Source of the DNA: Fimbriimonadia bacterium
GTDB taxonomy: Bacteria; Armatimonadota; Fimbriimonadia; Fimbriimonadales; JABRVX01
Direction of reading: 5' to 3'
Assembly (NCBI GenBank): GCA_041483895.1
Contig: JBGPGO010000004.1
Span: 1-64,000, forward strand
DNA: 64,000 nt
Every line of letters begins with the position of its first letter. Position 1 is the stretch's first letter. Positions 30,440-39,986 of the stretch are shown here, one piece after another. A program made the position numbers and the translations under genes. A model generated the notes under the pieces. That model was not told where the DNA came from and searched no databases. It saw only the letters and a program-made list of their open reading frames with translations.

Positions 30440-31405
30440 ATGGCGGAACGATCGTGCACGAACTGCGGAGCGAAGGCCACCTGGCTACCCGAATGGAGCC
30501 GGGACATATTCGTTTGCGACAATTGCGACCACCGGGCTGTCGAGAACTCGACAGTGGAAATGGAAACACGGGCGGGAACGCTTTTGGAAGCCGCTCGGTC
30601 CAAGAATCCGAAGACTTCTGAACAGGCGAAGGAGGTGTTGGCGAATTATGGCGACCCCGTGGCGCTGCGCAGGCACATCAACGAGTCGGCGACGGCAGCC
30701 GAGATGGAGGGCTGCGGCCCGATCCTGCTGGCGCTGCTGGTCATCGGCATCGGAATGGCGCTGCTTGTCCCCTTGACCGGCATGCATTCGTTCGGCTTTC
30801 TCATTGGCCTGCCGCTTGTGCTTTGCGCCGGAGGGCTGCTCGGCTGGAGCTCCTATCGGAATGCGTGTGCCCGGACGGAGGCGCTGCTGGACATTCTGGA
30901 GCGCAAAAACACGCCTTGGGCGGTGCCGATCCTCTGTTTGGCACTGCATCAGCGAGTGTTTCGACCGATGGCGGAGCGGAAGCTTCGCCTGCTTTTGCCA
31001 CAGGTGGAGGAGGAGCACGTTGCGCGGTTCCGGGCTGCGGAATGCGAGCTGATGGTGGGAGCGCTGGAAGGAAGATACGGATTGGCGGTGCCGGACTGGC
31101 GCAATTTGGATTTAGTCAAGGGCATCGTGCGGGTGCTGGGACTGTCTGCCTTCGGCCCCGCGATTCACAAGATTCGTGGAACGTATGACTGGCGAAATCG
31201 CGGCAAAGAGAAGTTTGTCGAGTATTGGGCGGTGGCCAAGGAGGCGGCAAACAACATACAAAAGCGTATCGAGGAGCAGACGGAGAACCAAAAGCTGCTT
31301 CGTGCCGCGGAGTTCGATGAACAGTCAGCATTGCTACGCAGCGCCCCAGATCCAGCGATGCCGCCAAACGAACTACTGCGGCCGGCGGAGCAGGAAGAGC
31401 CATAG
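30440..31405 (+). CDS. Hypothetical zinc-ribbon membrane protein
   Basis: CTNC...CDNC, two TM segments, C-terminal LLRAA/LLRS/LLRP repeats. Confidence 0.65.
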   Translation: MAERSCTNCGAKATWLPEWSRDIFVCDNCDHRAVENSTVEMETRAGTLLEAARSKNPKTSEQAKEVLANYGDPVALRRHINESATAAEMEGCGPILLALLVIGIGMALLVPLTGMHSFGFLIGLPLVLCAGGLLGWSSYRNACARTEALLDILERKNTPWAVPILCLALHQRVFRPMAERKLRLLLPQVEEEHVARFRAAECELMVGALEGRYGLAVPDWRNLDLVKGIVRVLGLSAFGPAIHKIRGTYDWRNRGKEKFVEYWAVAKEAANNIQKRIEEQTENQKLLRAAEFDEQSALLRSAPDPAMPPNELLRPAEQEEP

Positions 31406-31738
31406 TTACGACTTGTGGCGATATGCGGCTACGGCAATCGATGCCCAGCCCACGAGGAAACAGACTCCTCCAATAGGGGTGATCGCACCGAACCAGCGTT
31501 GGCCGGTGATCGCCAAGGCGTACAGGCTGCCGGAAAACACAACGATTCCGGCGGCAAAAAGCCAGCCGCTCACTCGAACCCCTGGAATCCGATCAACGAG
31601 TAGGGAGATGAGGACGAGCGCGAGAGAGTGAAGCATCTGGTAGTGCACCCCCGTTTGGAAGACGCCCATCATTTCGACTGACAGTTGATCCTTTAGCCCA
31701 TGCGCTCCAAATGCGTCGAGAAGCAAAAAGGTCCGCAC
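31406..31738 (-). CDS. DUF423 (YgdD/TMEM256) membrane protein, first helix apparently shortened
   Basis: AFGAHGLK, YQMLH, FSGSLY, GAITPIGG. Confidence 0.75.
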   Translation of the reverse strand: MRTFLLLDAFGAHGLKDQLSVEMMGVFQTGVHYQMLHSLALVLISLLVDRIPGVRVSGWLFAAGIVVFSGSLYALAITGQRWFGAITPIGGVCFLVGWASIAVAAYRHKS

Positions 31739-31778
31739 GTCCCATCGTACCAGGGCGTCCGGGACTGCCGTCGAACAG

Positions 31779-33539
31779 ATGCATGTGAAGTTTGAGACAT
31801 TGGGCGAGGCGTTGGTAGCGAGCGCGACACGATGGGGTGGCAAGGCCGCACTGATGGAGCGCGAGGGAGACGGGTTCCGGGAGATCACGTATGCCGACCT
31901 GTTGGACCAAGCCCGCTGGGTGACGGTCGGCCTGCAGTCAGCCGGTGTTCAGCCGGGGGATCGGGTGGCGATCATCTCTGAGAACCGGCCGGAATGGGCT
32001 TACACCGACTGGGGGGCTCAGTTGGCCGGAGTCGTTACCGTTCCCCTCTATCCCACCCTCAGCCCGCAGCAGGTCGCATACATTTTGAGAGATTCGGGAT
32101 CGAAGGTTGTCTTCTGCGCCGACGCCGCGCTGCAAAAGAAGTGCGCGGAAGCGATCGCCATGTTGAACGACAAGCCTACTGTCGTCTCGTTCGATAGCGT
32201 TGAAGGCGCCACTCCGTTCGCTGACTTCTGCGGTCCGGATGCGGCGCGGTCAGGAGACCGGCCGCATCAGGGGGGGGACCGGCCGCATCGGGGGACCGCG
32301 CCGGGAGAGCCGGCTAAGCGGGACCCGGACGAGGTCTGCACCCTGATCTACACTTCCGGCACGACAGGCGATCCCAAGGGCGTTATGCTCACCCACCGCA
32401 ACTTCCTCTTCAACATCGAAACCGCGCTGACCCGTTTCCAATGCGATGAGAACGACCTGTTCCTGTCATTTCTTCCCCTCAGCCACGTGTACGAGCGCAT
32501 GGCCGGGCACTACCTTCCCATCTGCATCGGAGCCACCATCGCCTACGCCAAATCGCTGCGCACTCTCGCGAATGACATCAAGCTTGCCCGACCGACTGTG
32601 ATGCTCTTCGTTCCGAGGTTCTTGGAGTTGTTCCAGGACAAGATCGTCTCGACGGCAACGGCGAAGCCGGGTTTGCAGCGGAGGCTGTTCAATTGGGCGC
32701 TTGCAACCGGCCGCGCAAAGGCTCAGGGGCGATCGGCCCTTCTTGCGCCGATCGCAGACTTGCTTGTCGGCAAGAAAATTCGCGCGCAATTCGGTGGCCG
32801 CATCCGGATGTTTGTCGCCGGCGGGGCGGCCCTTCCGGTCGAAACCGGGCTGTTCTACTCGGCATTCGGGTTCAAGGTGATTGAGGGGTACGGCCTGACA
32901 GAAACCTCGCCGGTTATCGCAATCAACCCGCTCGACGACATTCGATTCGGAACGGTCGGCCCGCTGCTGCCCGGTGTGGAGGCCAAGATCGCGCAAGATG
33001 GCGAAATCCTGACGCGCAGCCCAAGCGTGATGAAGGGCTACTTCAACCACCCCGAAGCCACCGCCGAGGCGATCGATACCGAGGGATGGTTCCATACCGG
33101 CGATATCGGCGAGTTTGACAAAGACGGATATCTGCGCATCACAGACCGCAAAAAGGACCTGCTGGTGCTGGCAAACGGCAAGAACGTCGCGCCTCAGCCC
33201 ATCGAGGCCCTGCTGAAAAGCTCACCGCTCATCGAAGAGGCGGTGGTATTGGGAGACGGGCAGAGCGTCGTGACCGCGCTTATCGTCCCGAACCTTGCCG
33301 CTGTGAAAGGTTTGACCGGAGAGGACGGGACCGAATCCGATGCGGTGAAGAAGGCGATCAAGGTTGAGGTCGACCGTCTCTGCAAGGTCCTGGCCGATTA
33401 CGAGCGAGTCCGCCGTTTCGCATTGCTTGATCGCGGCTTCAGCATCGAAAGTGGCGAATTGACCCCGACGCTGAAGGTGAAGCGGAAGGTGGTGAAGGAG
33501 AAGTACGCCGCCCAGATCGCCTCTCTCGGCGGAGATTAG
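31779..33539 (+). CDS. Long-chain fatty acid-CoA ligase
   Basis: YTSGTTGDPKG, FLPLSHVYE, EGYGLTET, GWFHTGD, DRKKD, GELTPTLK. Confidence 0.93.
   Translation: MHVKFETLGEALVASATRWGGKAALMEREGDGFREITYADLLDQARWVTVGLQSAGVQPGDRVAIISENRPEWAYTDWGAQLAGVVTVPLYPTLSPQQVAYILRDSGSKVVFCADAALQKKCAEAIAMLNDKPTVVSFDSVEGATPFADFCGPDAARSGDRPHQGGDRPHRGTAPGEPAKRDPDEVCTLIYTSGTTGDPKGVMLTHRNFLFNIETALTRFQCDENDLFLSFLPLSHVYERMAGHYLPICIGATIAYAKSLRTLANDIKLARPTVMLFVPRFLELFQDKIVSTATAKPGLQRRLFNWALATGRAKAQGRSALLAPIADLLVGKKIRAQFGGRIRMFVAGGAALPVETGLFYSAFGFKVIEGYGLTETSPVIAINPLDDIRFGTVGPLLPGVEAKIAQDGEILTRSPSVMKGYFNHPEATAEAIDTEGWFHTGDIGEFDKDGYLRITDRKKDLLVLANGKNVAPQPIEALLKSSPLIEEAVVLGDGQSVVTALIVPNLAAVKGLTGEDGTESDAVKKAIKVEVDRLCKVLADYERVRRFALLDRGFSIESGELTPTLKVKRKVVKEKYAAQIASLGGD
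32238..32300. repeat. REP-like element inside the acyl-CoA ligase CDS
   Basis: CGGTCAGGAGACCGGCCGCATC plus a partial duplicate; family shared with 20309, 34392 and 57041. Confidence 0.75.
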
Positions 33540-33567
33540 GCTCAACCGGGTAAACTGTTACGAAGTT

Positions 33568-34386
33568 ATGGATCGCCCCCCGCTCAGCTCAATTCGGCAC
33601 ACCGTCATTTTTGGCGTCCTCAATATCACCCCTGACAGCTTCAGCGACGGCGGCGACTACTTGGATCCCAAGGCCGCTATCGAGCGGGGGCTTCAGATGG
33701 AGGCGGAAGGGGCGGACGTTATCGACGTCGGCGGCGAGAGCAGCCGACCCGGCTCGGAACCTACTTCGCTCGAAGACGAGATGGCACGGGTCGTCCCCGT
33801 AATAAAAGGACTGGCCCAGACGCTGAAGATTCCGATCTCCATCGACACGTACAAGCCGGAAGTGGCAAAAGAAGCGATCTGCCTGGGTGCGAGCGTGATC
33901 AACGACATTACCGCGCTTCAAAAGCCCGCGATGGCCGAATTGGCGGGCGCCAGCGGATGCGAGATTATTCTCATGCACATGCAGGGCAATCCCAAGACCA
34001 TGCAGGTCCAGCCCACCTACGGAGACGTGCTTCACGACGTGATGGCCTATCTTGATGCCCGCATTCATACGGCGCAGAAATACGGCATCGCGGAAGACCG
34101 GATCTGGATCGACCCAGGCTTTGGCTTTGGGAAGAACAATCGGCACAATATGGAGCTGCTTCGGCGTTTGGGCGAGTTTCAGACGCTCGGCAAGCCAATC
34201 TTGGTGGGAACCTCTCGCAAATCGTTCCTCGGCCGCATTATCGACTCCAACGCGACGGAGCATCCAGGTGTCACCGCCGGTTCGGTGGCCGCCGCAGTAA
34301 TGCAGGGCGCCAGGGGCGCCCGCGTCCACGATGTCAGACTCATTCGGGACACCGTCGCCGTCATCGACGCCCTCAACGAGTCCTAA
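33568..34386 (+). CDS. folP: Dihydropteroate synthase
   Basis: LNITPDSFSDGG, DVGGESSRPG, DPGFGFGK, SRKSF, RVHDV. Confidence 0.96.
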   Translation: MDRPPLSSIRHTVIFGVLNITPDSFSDGGDYLDPKAAIERGLQMEAEGADVIDVGGESSRPGSEPTSLEDEMARVVPVIKGLAQTLKIPISIDTYKPEVAKEAICLGASVINDITALQKPAMAELAGASGCEIILMHMQGNPKTMQVQPTYGDVLHDVMAYLDARIHTAQKYGIAEDRIWIDPGFGFGKNNRHNMELLRRLGEFQTLGKPILVGTSRKSFLGRIIDSNATEHPGVTAGSVAAAVMQGARGARVHDVRLIRDTVAVIDALNES

Positions 34387-34391
34387 GACCC

Positions 34392-34481
34392 GATGCGGCC
34401 GGTCTCCTGACCGAGCCGCAGTCCAGGAACGGTCAGGAGACCTGGAAGCGAGCGCGACTCGGTCAGGAGACCGGTCGCATC
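34392..34481. repeat. Inverted pair of GATGCG(G/A)CCGGTCTCCTGACCGAG(C/T)CGC units
   Basis: Two inverted full units and one internal partial unit after folP. Confidence 0.8.
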
Positions 34482-34590
34482 AGAGACCCTCAACGAATCC
34501 TAATCCTCCGGGAACCTCTCTCGTCGAGTCCGGCGTATCCGTAAAGGAACGGTGGACGATCCGCATGACTTTGGAGGTGAGAACTTCACG

Positions 34591-35700
34591 ATGAAATTGA
34601 AAGCTAAACACCTATGGTTGGGGTTGGCGATAGCTACGGTGTCTGTGGTCATCGCCACTCCGGGACAGAAACTGGACGACACATCGTTGACGCAGAAGGT
34701 CAACAGCGAATTCAACCTCGACAACGCAACCTTTTCCCAGGCATTGGAGAAGCTGCTGCATCTGCCGGAACTGAAGGACGTCACGGTGGCCGCTCCGGAA
34801 CCGAACGCGGATGCCACGCAGGTCACTCTGCATGTCAGCCCAGGCAAATATACGGTCAAGGAACTGCTGCAGATCGTTGCGGAGCTGTATCAGCGCAATT
34901 TGCAGATCGACAATGGGACGGTCAAACTCCAGAAGGGCCGAGGCTGGATCATCGAGCCCAATGGGCAAAACAAGCTTGAGATTCCCAACTGGGGAGACAC
35001 GATCAAGCGGTACGACCTTCAGACTCCGAAGAACTGGTCCTATACGGTCCCCGATCTCAAGTCGCTGGAGCCGCTCAAGGCATATTCCTGGGCGCTCGGC
35101 GGTCAGGACAACAAGCAGATCGCCGAAGAGTTGAAGAAGATCGCCGAGGAGATGGCAAAGACGGGTCAGCAGAAAGCGCTGACCGACAAGGATCAAGCGA
35201 AGATCAAGGAGCTTGCCGAAAGGCTTGCGAAGATGGCGAAAGAGCTTGCCGAAAAGTCCACGAGCATGGTGGCTCCCTTCCTGCGATCGGATACCGGCAA
35301 TCAATTCTTCCGCCAATACATGAACCCAAAGAACCAGACGCCAGAGAAGCGGGAACAGATGAATAAGTGGCTGAAGGAGCATGGGTATCAGCCGGGGACG
35401 GAAGATGGCAATGGCTTGTTCAAGTACTTCCAGCTCGCTCCGAGGTCCGGAGACAGCAGCATTTTCAAGCTGTTCAATCGCGGCGATACTGATAGGGCTT
35501 TTGTCTTCGGAACGCAGGACATCAAGGGTCTGATGAACAGCCTTACCGACAAGCAGTGGGAATTGCAGAAGAAGAATGGCTACTTGACGCCGGATGATTT
35601 GACTCCGAAACAGCGTGTGATGCTTGGTTCGGACACCAAAGGCGACTTCTCTCTATCGTTTTCGTTGGATGGCAAGACGCTGACGATCAAGAGCAAATAA
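34591..35700 (+). CDS. Secreted hypothetical protein
   Basis: RBS GGAGG, signal peptide, long Lys-rich ORF. Confidence 0.7.
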   Translation: MKLKAKHLWLGLAIATVSVVIATPGQKLDDTSLTQKVNSEFNLDNATFSQALEKLLHLPELKDVTVAAPEPNADATQVTLHVSPGKYTVKELLQIVAELYQRNLQIDNGTVKLQKGRGWIIEPNGQNKLEIPNWGDTIKRYDLQTPKNWSYTVPDLKSLEPLKAYSWALGGQDNKQIAEELKKIAEEMAKTGQQKALTDKDQAKIKELAERLAKMAKELAEKSTSMVAPFLRSDTGNQFFRQYMNPKNQTPEKREQMNKWLKEHGYQPGTEDGNGLFKYFQLAPRSGDSSIFKLFNRGDTDRAFVFGTQDIKGLMNSLTDKQWELQKKNGYLTPDDLTPKQRVMLGSDTKGDFSLSFSLDGKTLTIKSK

Positions 35701-35707
35701 AGCTATG

Positions 35708-35734
35708 TCCCTTCACAGTCTGACTGTGAAGGGA
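35708..35734. repeat. Palindrome TCCCTTCACAGT-CTG-ACTGTGAAGGGA
   Basis: Copy of 25988-26020. Confidence 0.75.
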
Positions 35735-35754
35735 TAGGTTAACTCACCTAGCGG

Positions 35755-35785
35755 CAAGGGGCGGATAGGTTGTTTCCGCCCCTTG
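35755..35785. terminator. GC-rich hairpin between convergent genes
   Basis: CAAGGGGCGGA...TCCGCCCCTTG. Confidence 0.5.
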
Positions 35786-35811
35786 TTCATTTCTGGGGGG
35801 GGTTCAATTGG

Positions 35812-35872
35812 ATCGGACGTATCGGACTTATAGGTCGTATAGGTCCTATAAGTCCTATATGTCCTATATGTC
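35812..35872. repeat. Degenerate 9-bp tandem array (ATAGGTCCT/ATCGGACGT)
   Basis: About 7 units; related arrays at 37254-37323 and 38883-38906. Confidence 0.8.
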
Positions 35873-37225
35873 GGATGCGGGCAGCAAAACACTGGGCGCC
35901 ATGCCCGGTTCCTCGGCGCGAGCGTCCGGAACGAAGTCGGGCAGTTCCTCCTCCACATGTCGCGTGCGCGGATACAGATAGACGGCAACGCACAACGCCA
36001 CACACACGACCCCGATCATCATGAGCAGAAACCGCATCCCGCTGCCCGGATAGGTCCCGATCAGGGAGCCGACGGAGGATGCCAGCGCGCCGCCCGGCCG
36101 AAACGCCGGCTCCAACACCCGATCGACCAACGGCCCGGCGAACAGGTAGGAGAGCGGAGTCATCGACTGCGCGATCACGCGACGAACGGCAAATACCCGG
36201 CCCTGCACGTCCGGCGGGGTTTTGGCCATCCAGATCGCCTGGCTGCAGCCGTAGCAGATCGGCTCCAGGAAGCAGAGGACAATCATCGGCGTGGTCAGCA
36301 CCCACCATGTCGGTGGGAGGCCGTATGCGAGAAACCCCAAATACCCGATGACGGAACCGCCGACAAGGCCGTTGATTTTGCGCTTCGGCCCGCCCCAGGC
36401 GCCCATCACTACTGTCCCGATGAGCAGTCCTACGCCGGCCGCCGACACGATGGACCCGAGGATACGCGGATCCTTGTTCAAGGTCAGCATCATCGGCGTG
36501 AACACCGCCATCAATAGCCCTAAGAAAAAGTTGCAGGCCGCGAAGAAGCATAGCAGGCCGAGCAAACCGGGCCGGACTCGAATGAATTTCCACCCGAACA
36601 GCGCTTCGCCGGCCAGCGAACCCTTGGCCGCGACCCCTTCCTCCGATGGAGGCGGGGGTGGCACTCGGACCGCCACCGCTGTGCCGACCGCGAAAAGGAA
36701 AGTGGCAAAGTCGATGACGATGATGCCCGTAAGCCCGGATGCCACGAGCAGGAACGCGCCGAGGGCGGGGGCCGCGATCATGGAGACCGCCTCGGCAACG
36801 GACATCATTCCGCTTGCCCGGGCGTGATGTTCTTGGGGGACGAGCAGGGTCGTCACCGCGTTGAAGGCCGGCCAATGGAGGGAGCTGAACGAAGCACTGA
36901 CGGCGCTGATGATGTAGATGTGCCAGACCTGCAACAGGTTGAAGTAGACCAGGACAGCGAGGGCCAACGCGCCGATGCCCGCTCCGAGGTCGGCGATGAT
37001 GAGGGCCTTGCGCCGATCCCAACGATCCACCAGCGCGCCCGCGAACGGACCGAAGACGATGGACGGTAAGGTGGCGGCAAGCATGGTAATGGAGAACTTG
37101 GTTACGGAGCCGGTGTGCTGGTAGACCCAGATGCTGATGGCGAAGCCGGTAAGGCCGGACCCCAGCACGGACACGACCTGCCCGAACCAGAGGATGAGGA
37201 AAGTACGGATGCCTGCGCTTCGCAT
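35864..37225 (-). CDS. MFS transporter (DHA3/MefA-like)
   Basis: FLILWFGQ.VS..G, GALVDRWDRR, P..QGRVF; about 12 TM segments. Confidence 0.9.
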   Translation of the reverse strand: MRSAGIRTFLILWFGQVVSVLGSGLTGFAISIWVYQHTGSVTKFSITMLAATLPSIVFGPFAGALVDRWDRRKALIIADLGAGIGALALAVLVYFNLLQVWHIYIISAVSASFSSLHWPAFNAVTTLLVPQEHHARASGMMSVAEAVSMIAAPALGAFLLVASGLTGIIVIDFATFLFAVGTAVAVRVPPPPPSEEGVAAKGSLAGEALFGWKFIRVRPGLLGLLCFFAACNFFLGLLMAVFTPMMLTLNKDPRILGSIVSAAGVGLLIGTVVMGAWGGPKRKINGLVGGSVIGYLGFLAYGLPPTWWVLTTPMIVLCFLEPICYGCSQAIWMAKTPPDVQGRVFAVRRVIAQSMTPLSYLFAGPLVDRVLEPAFRPGGALASSVGSLIGTYPGSGMRFLLMMIGVVCVALCVAVYLYPRTRHVEEELPDFVPDARAEEPGMAPSVLLPASDI

Positions 37226-37253
37226 GCGGAACAGGGTACACGAATTGGGCAAG

Positions 37254-37323
37254 TAGGACCTATAGGACGTATAGGTCGTATAGGTCCTATAAGTCCTAAA
37301 AGTCCGATGAGTCCGATACGTCC
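37254..37323. repeat. Degenerate 9-bp tandem array (ATAGGACCT/ATAGGTCCT)
   Basis: About 8 units that switch orientation within the array. Confidence 0.8.
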
Positions 37324-38072
37324 AAAATCCATCGCGCCGCATGAGAGAGACGAACCAAGGTCGCGGGGCGGATGTGCTTCTTTTGGTCCAGCTGCGGCGG
37401 CTGATCGCGGCGGCAGAAGTAGGAATGGAGCGCGCGGCGGGGTCGGTCGGTGCGGTTGGTGGTGCCGCCGTGCCAGGTGTGGCTGTTGAAGATCACCACC
37501 GTCCCGGCAGGCGCGATCAGCAACTTCTGATCGGGATGCGCGGCCGCGGTGTCCTGCATATCGTCGGATGGCATCCGGCCGCTTCGGTGCGAACCGGGCA
37601 CGACGCGCGTGGCCCCGTTTTCTTCCGTGAAATCATCGAGCAGCCAGATGGAGTTGCAGACATAGTAATCGCCCGGCGTCACTGGGCCGCTCCAGTCGAC
37701 GTGCAGCGCCTGGTTCCCCTGACCCGGAAGCGCCGACCGGGCGTTGAGCGATGACAGCTTGAACTCTCCGCCAAGCACGTGGGCGATCGCCGCCAATACG
37801 CGCGGATGGGTGAAACAGACCTCGAACATCGGGTCCTTGTTCACCAGGTCCGCCAGCCGGTCGGTCCCTGCCTCCTGGTGCACCTCTTTCCCCGCCTCCG
37901 AACCTTCTTCGGCAACCAGGGCATTGAACTTTTCGCCCAATGCACGAATTTGGCCAGGAGTAAGGATGTTTGGGAGCGGGAGGTATCCATCGGCATCCAA
38001 CCGAGCGCGTTCCTCTTGGGAAAGGGTGTCGTCGCGTACACCCAACTCGTCAAGCGCGAGCGCAATGTTCAT
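37296..38072 (-). CDS. Phytanoyl-CoA dioxygenase (PhyH) family Fe/2OG oxygenase
   Basis: HVD, ENGATRVVPGSH, WHGG..N.T..PR. Confidence 0.9.
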   Translation of the reverse strand: MNIALALDELGVRDDTLSQEERARLDADGYLPLPNILTPGQIRALGEKFNALVAEEGSEAGKEVHQEAGTDRLADLVNKDPMFEVCFTHPRVLAAIAHVLGGEFKLSSLNARSALPGQGNQALHVDWSGPVTPGDYYVCNSIWLLDDFTEENGATRVVPGSHRSGRMPSDDMQDTAAAHPDQKLLIAPAGTVVIFNSHTWHGGTTNRTDRPRRALHSYFCRRDQPPQLDQKKHIRPATLVRLSHAARWILDVSDSSDF

Positions 38073-38108
38073 GGAATGCGAATTCCCTGAGGAAATGGGA
38101 GGTCCTGC

Positions 38109-38807
38109 CTAGTGTTGATCGGTGATTCGGCCAGTTTCCGAATACCAAATCACAACGGTCTTGCCTTTGTCGAGGACCTGGAAACGGATCGTCAGTGGAT
38201 CATCGTTCGATGCGTCCCAGAAACAGGCCCAAACGTCGTATGCCGTTGCTTGAACATTCTTGTTCAGATATCGCCGCTTCCGTATCGCAATCGTGTCCAA
38301 TATCGGTCTGGTCGTGTGCTGCTCAAGAACTGTCTGCGAGGTGAGCGCGTCCAGCACCTCTCTTGGAATCTTCGCCGTCGCAAGATCATCGAGGCGCTTG
38401 CCGATGCACTTCGGCTTCGGGATGATCGGACTTGGCAGGGGCGCGCCACGTTCGGTCGTCAAGCAGTGGTCGCGGACGAGCCCGGATTGGATAAGCAACT
38501 CATACACGCTCTCCGCCGCGTCATCTGAAACCATCAAGCGAACCATCTCGCCCGACGCGGTCTTATCATAGTCGATGTGATATCGGTTGAAGATGGATTG
38601 GACATGTCGTTCAGTTGCAAGATCGTGCGCCGAATAGGATGCGACGTTATTCCATCCAGTGCCAGGCCAGATGTATTCATCAATCGGATCGAATTGCACC
38701 AGATCAACATCGTCCGGTATCAGGCTTTGCGCCTCCTCTTGAATCGCCGGATGAGGAGTTACGAGTCGCATAGCAAGAGCGAGCGCCACGGCAATTTGAG
38801 CTAACAT
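38109..38807 (-). CDS. Secreted hypothetical protein
   Basis: 232-aa ORF with N-terminal signal-like segment. Confidence 0.55.
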   Translation of the reverse strand: MLAQIAVALALAMRLVTPHPAIQEEAQSLIPDDVDLVQFDPIDEYIWPGTGWNNVASYSAHDLATERHVQSIFNRYHIDYDKTASGEMVRLMVSDDAAESVYELLIQSGLVRDHCLTTERGAPLPSPIIPKPKCIGKRLDDLATAKIPREVLDALTSQTVLEQHTTRPILDTIAIRKRRYLNKNVQATAYDVWACFWDASNDDPLTIRFQVLDKGKTVVIWYSETGRITDQH

Positions 38808-38882
38808 CTGTAGCCATAGTATATCACGACGCGGGGACTCGGAGGGAAGACGATGCGATAATCAATGAAATGAGAAGGCTCG

Positions 38883-38906
38883 ATAGGACCTATAGGTCCT
38901 ATAGGT
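38883..38906. repeat. Short 9-bp array ATAGGACCT-ATAGGTCCT-ATAGGT
   Basis: Same family as 35812 and 37254. Confidence 0.65.
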
Positions 38907-39023
38907 ATTTGCCGCGTTAATCGCGTTGGACGGACCAGGATCGTTTCGCGAGAGGTTGCCACGCGGGTCTTGGTGGTCGCAAAATGAACACCTCCGGCAA
39001 GACGACCCGCGCCTACTATCGCC

Positions 39024-39986
39024 TCAGACCTTCTCAAAGACTCCGAGAGCTTCAAAGCGCTGGAGGCGCTGGGAACGGAGCTGGTCGGGGGTGAGAGTTT
39101 CCAGTTCGACGAGGGCTTTCGTTAGGGACTCCTTCGCCGATGCGATCACCTCGGTCGGATGGGTATGTGCCGCGCCGATCGGCTCCGGGATAATCTCCTC
39201 GATAAGCTCCAGCGACAGGGCGTCTTCCGCAGTGAGTCGCAATGCAGTTGAGGCCTCCGCCCGCCGCGCCGGATCGCGCCACAGGATCGCCGCGCAGCCC
39301 TCCGGCGGGATGACCGAATAGATGGCGTTCTGCAACATCAGCACCTTGTTCGCGCACGCGATCGCGATGGCCCCTCCGCTGCCGCCCTCCCCCAGCACCA
39401 ACGCGACAATGGGCACCGACAGGCCGAACATCTTGCGCATGCTCTCGGCGATGGCCCAACTGATGCCGCGCTGTTCCGCCTCCACGCCGGGGTCCGCAGC
39501 CGGTGTGTCCACGAGGCTCAAAATCGGGAGTTGGAACCGTTCGGCGAGGTCCATCATGCGCATCGCTTTGCGATACCCCTCGGGCTTGGCCATGCCAAAG
39601 TTTCGCAGCTTGCGCTCCTTAACATCCCTGCCCTTTTGCTGCGCGATGATCGCCACGCGCCGCCCGTCAAATCGTCCCAGCCCAACCACGATCGCGCCAT
39701 CGTCGGCCGATTCTCGATCCCCATGAAGCTCCACGAACTCTTCGCAAATCGCCCGGATGATATCCAGCGAATAGGGCCGGCTGGCGTGGCGGGCGATCAA
39801 GGTCCGGTCCCACGGCGTCAGGCGGGAATAGATCTGCTTCTCGTTCTCGACCGCCTTTTTTCGCAATGCCGCCAGCTCTTTCGGCTCCGGCAGATTGTGC
39901 GCCCGCGCATAGGCCTCGATCTTCGCGATCTGCTCGCGAAGCTCGCGCAATGGACTTTCCAACTCGTTGAAGTCCGAATCAGCCAC
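39024..39986 (-). CDS. accA: Acetyl-CoA carboxylase carboxyltransferase subunit alpha
   Basis: ELHGDR, NFGMAKPEGYRKA.R, GEGGSGGA, YSVI.PEGCAAILW. Confidence 0.97.
   Translation of the reverse strand: MADSDFNELESPLRELREQIAKIEAYARAHNLPEPKELAALRKKAVENEKQIYSRLTPWDRTLIARHASRPYSLDIIRAICEEFVELHGDRESADDGAIVVGLGRFDGRRVAIIAQQKGRDVKERKLRNFGMAKPEGYRKAMRMMDLAERFQLPILSLVDTPAADPGVEAEQRGISWAIAESMRKMFGLSVPIVALVLGEGGSGGAIAIACANKVLMLQNAIYSVIPPEGCAAILWRDPARRAEASTALRLTAEDALSLELIEEIIPEPIGAAHTHPTEVIASAKESLTKALVELETLTPDQLRSQRLQRFEALGVFEKV

Noticed and set aside
35812..37323. CRISPR array from the 9-bp repeats or the REP clusters
   Set aside because: No constant 23-47 bp repeat with unique spacers and no cas genes
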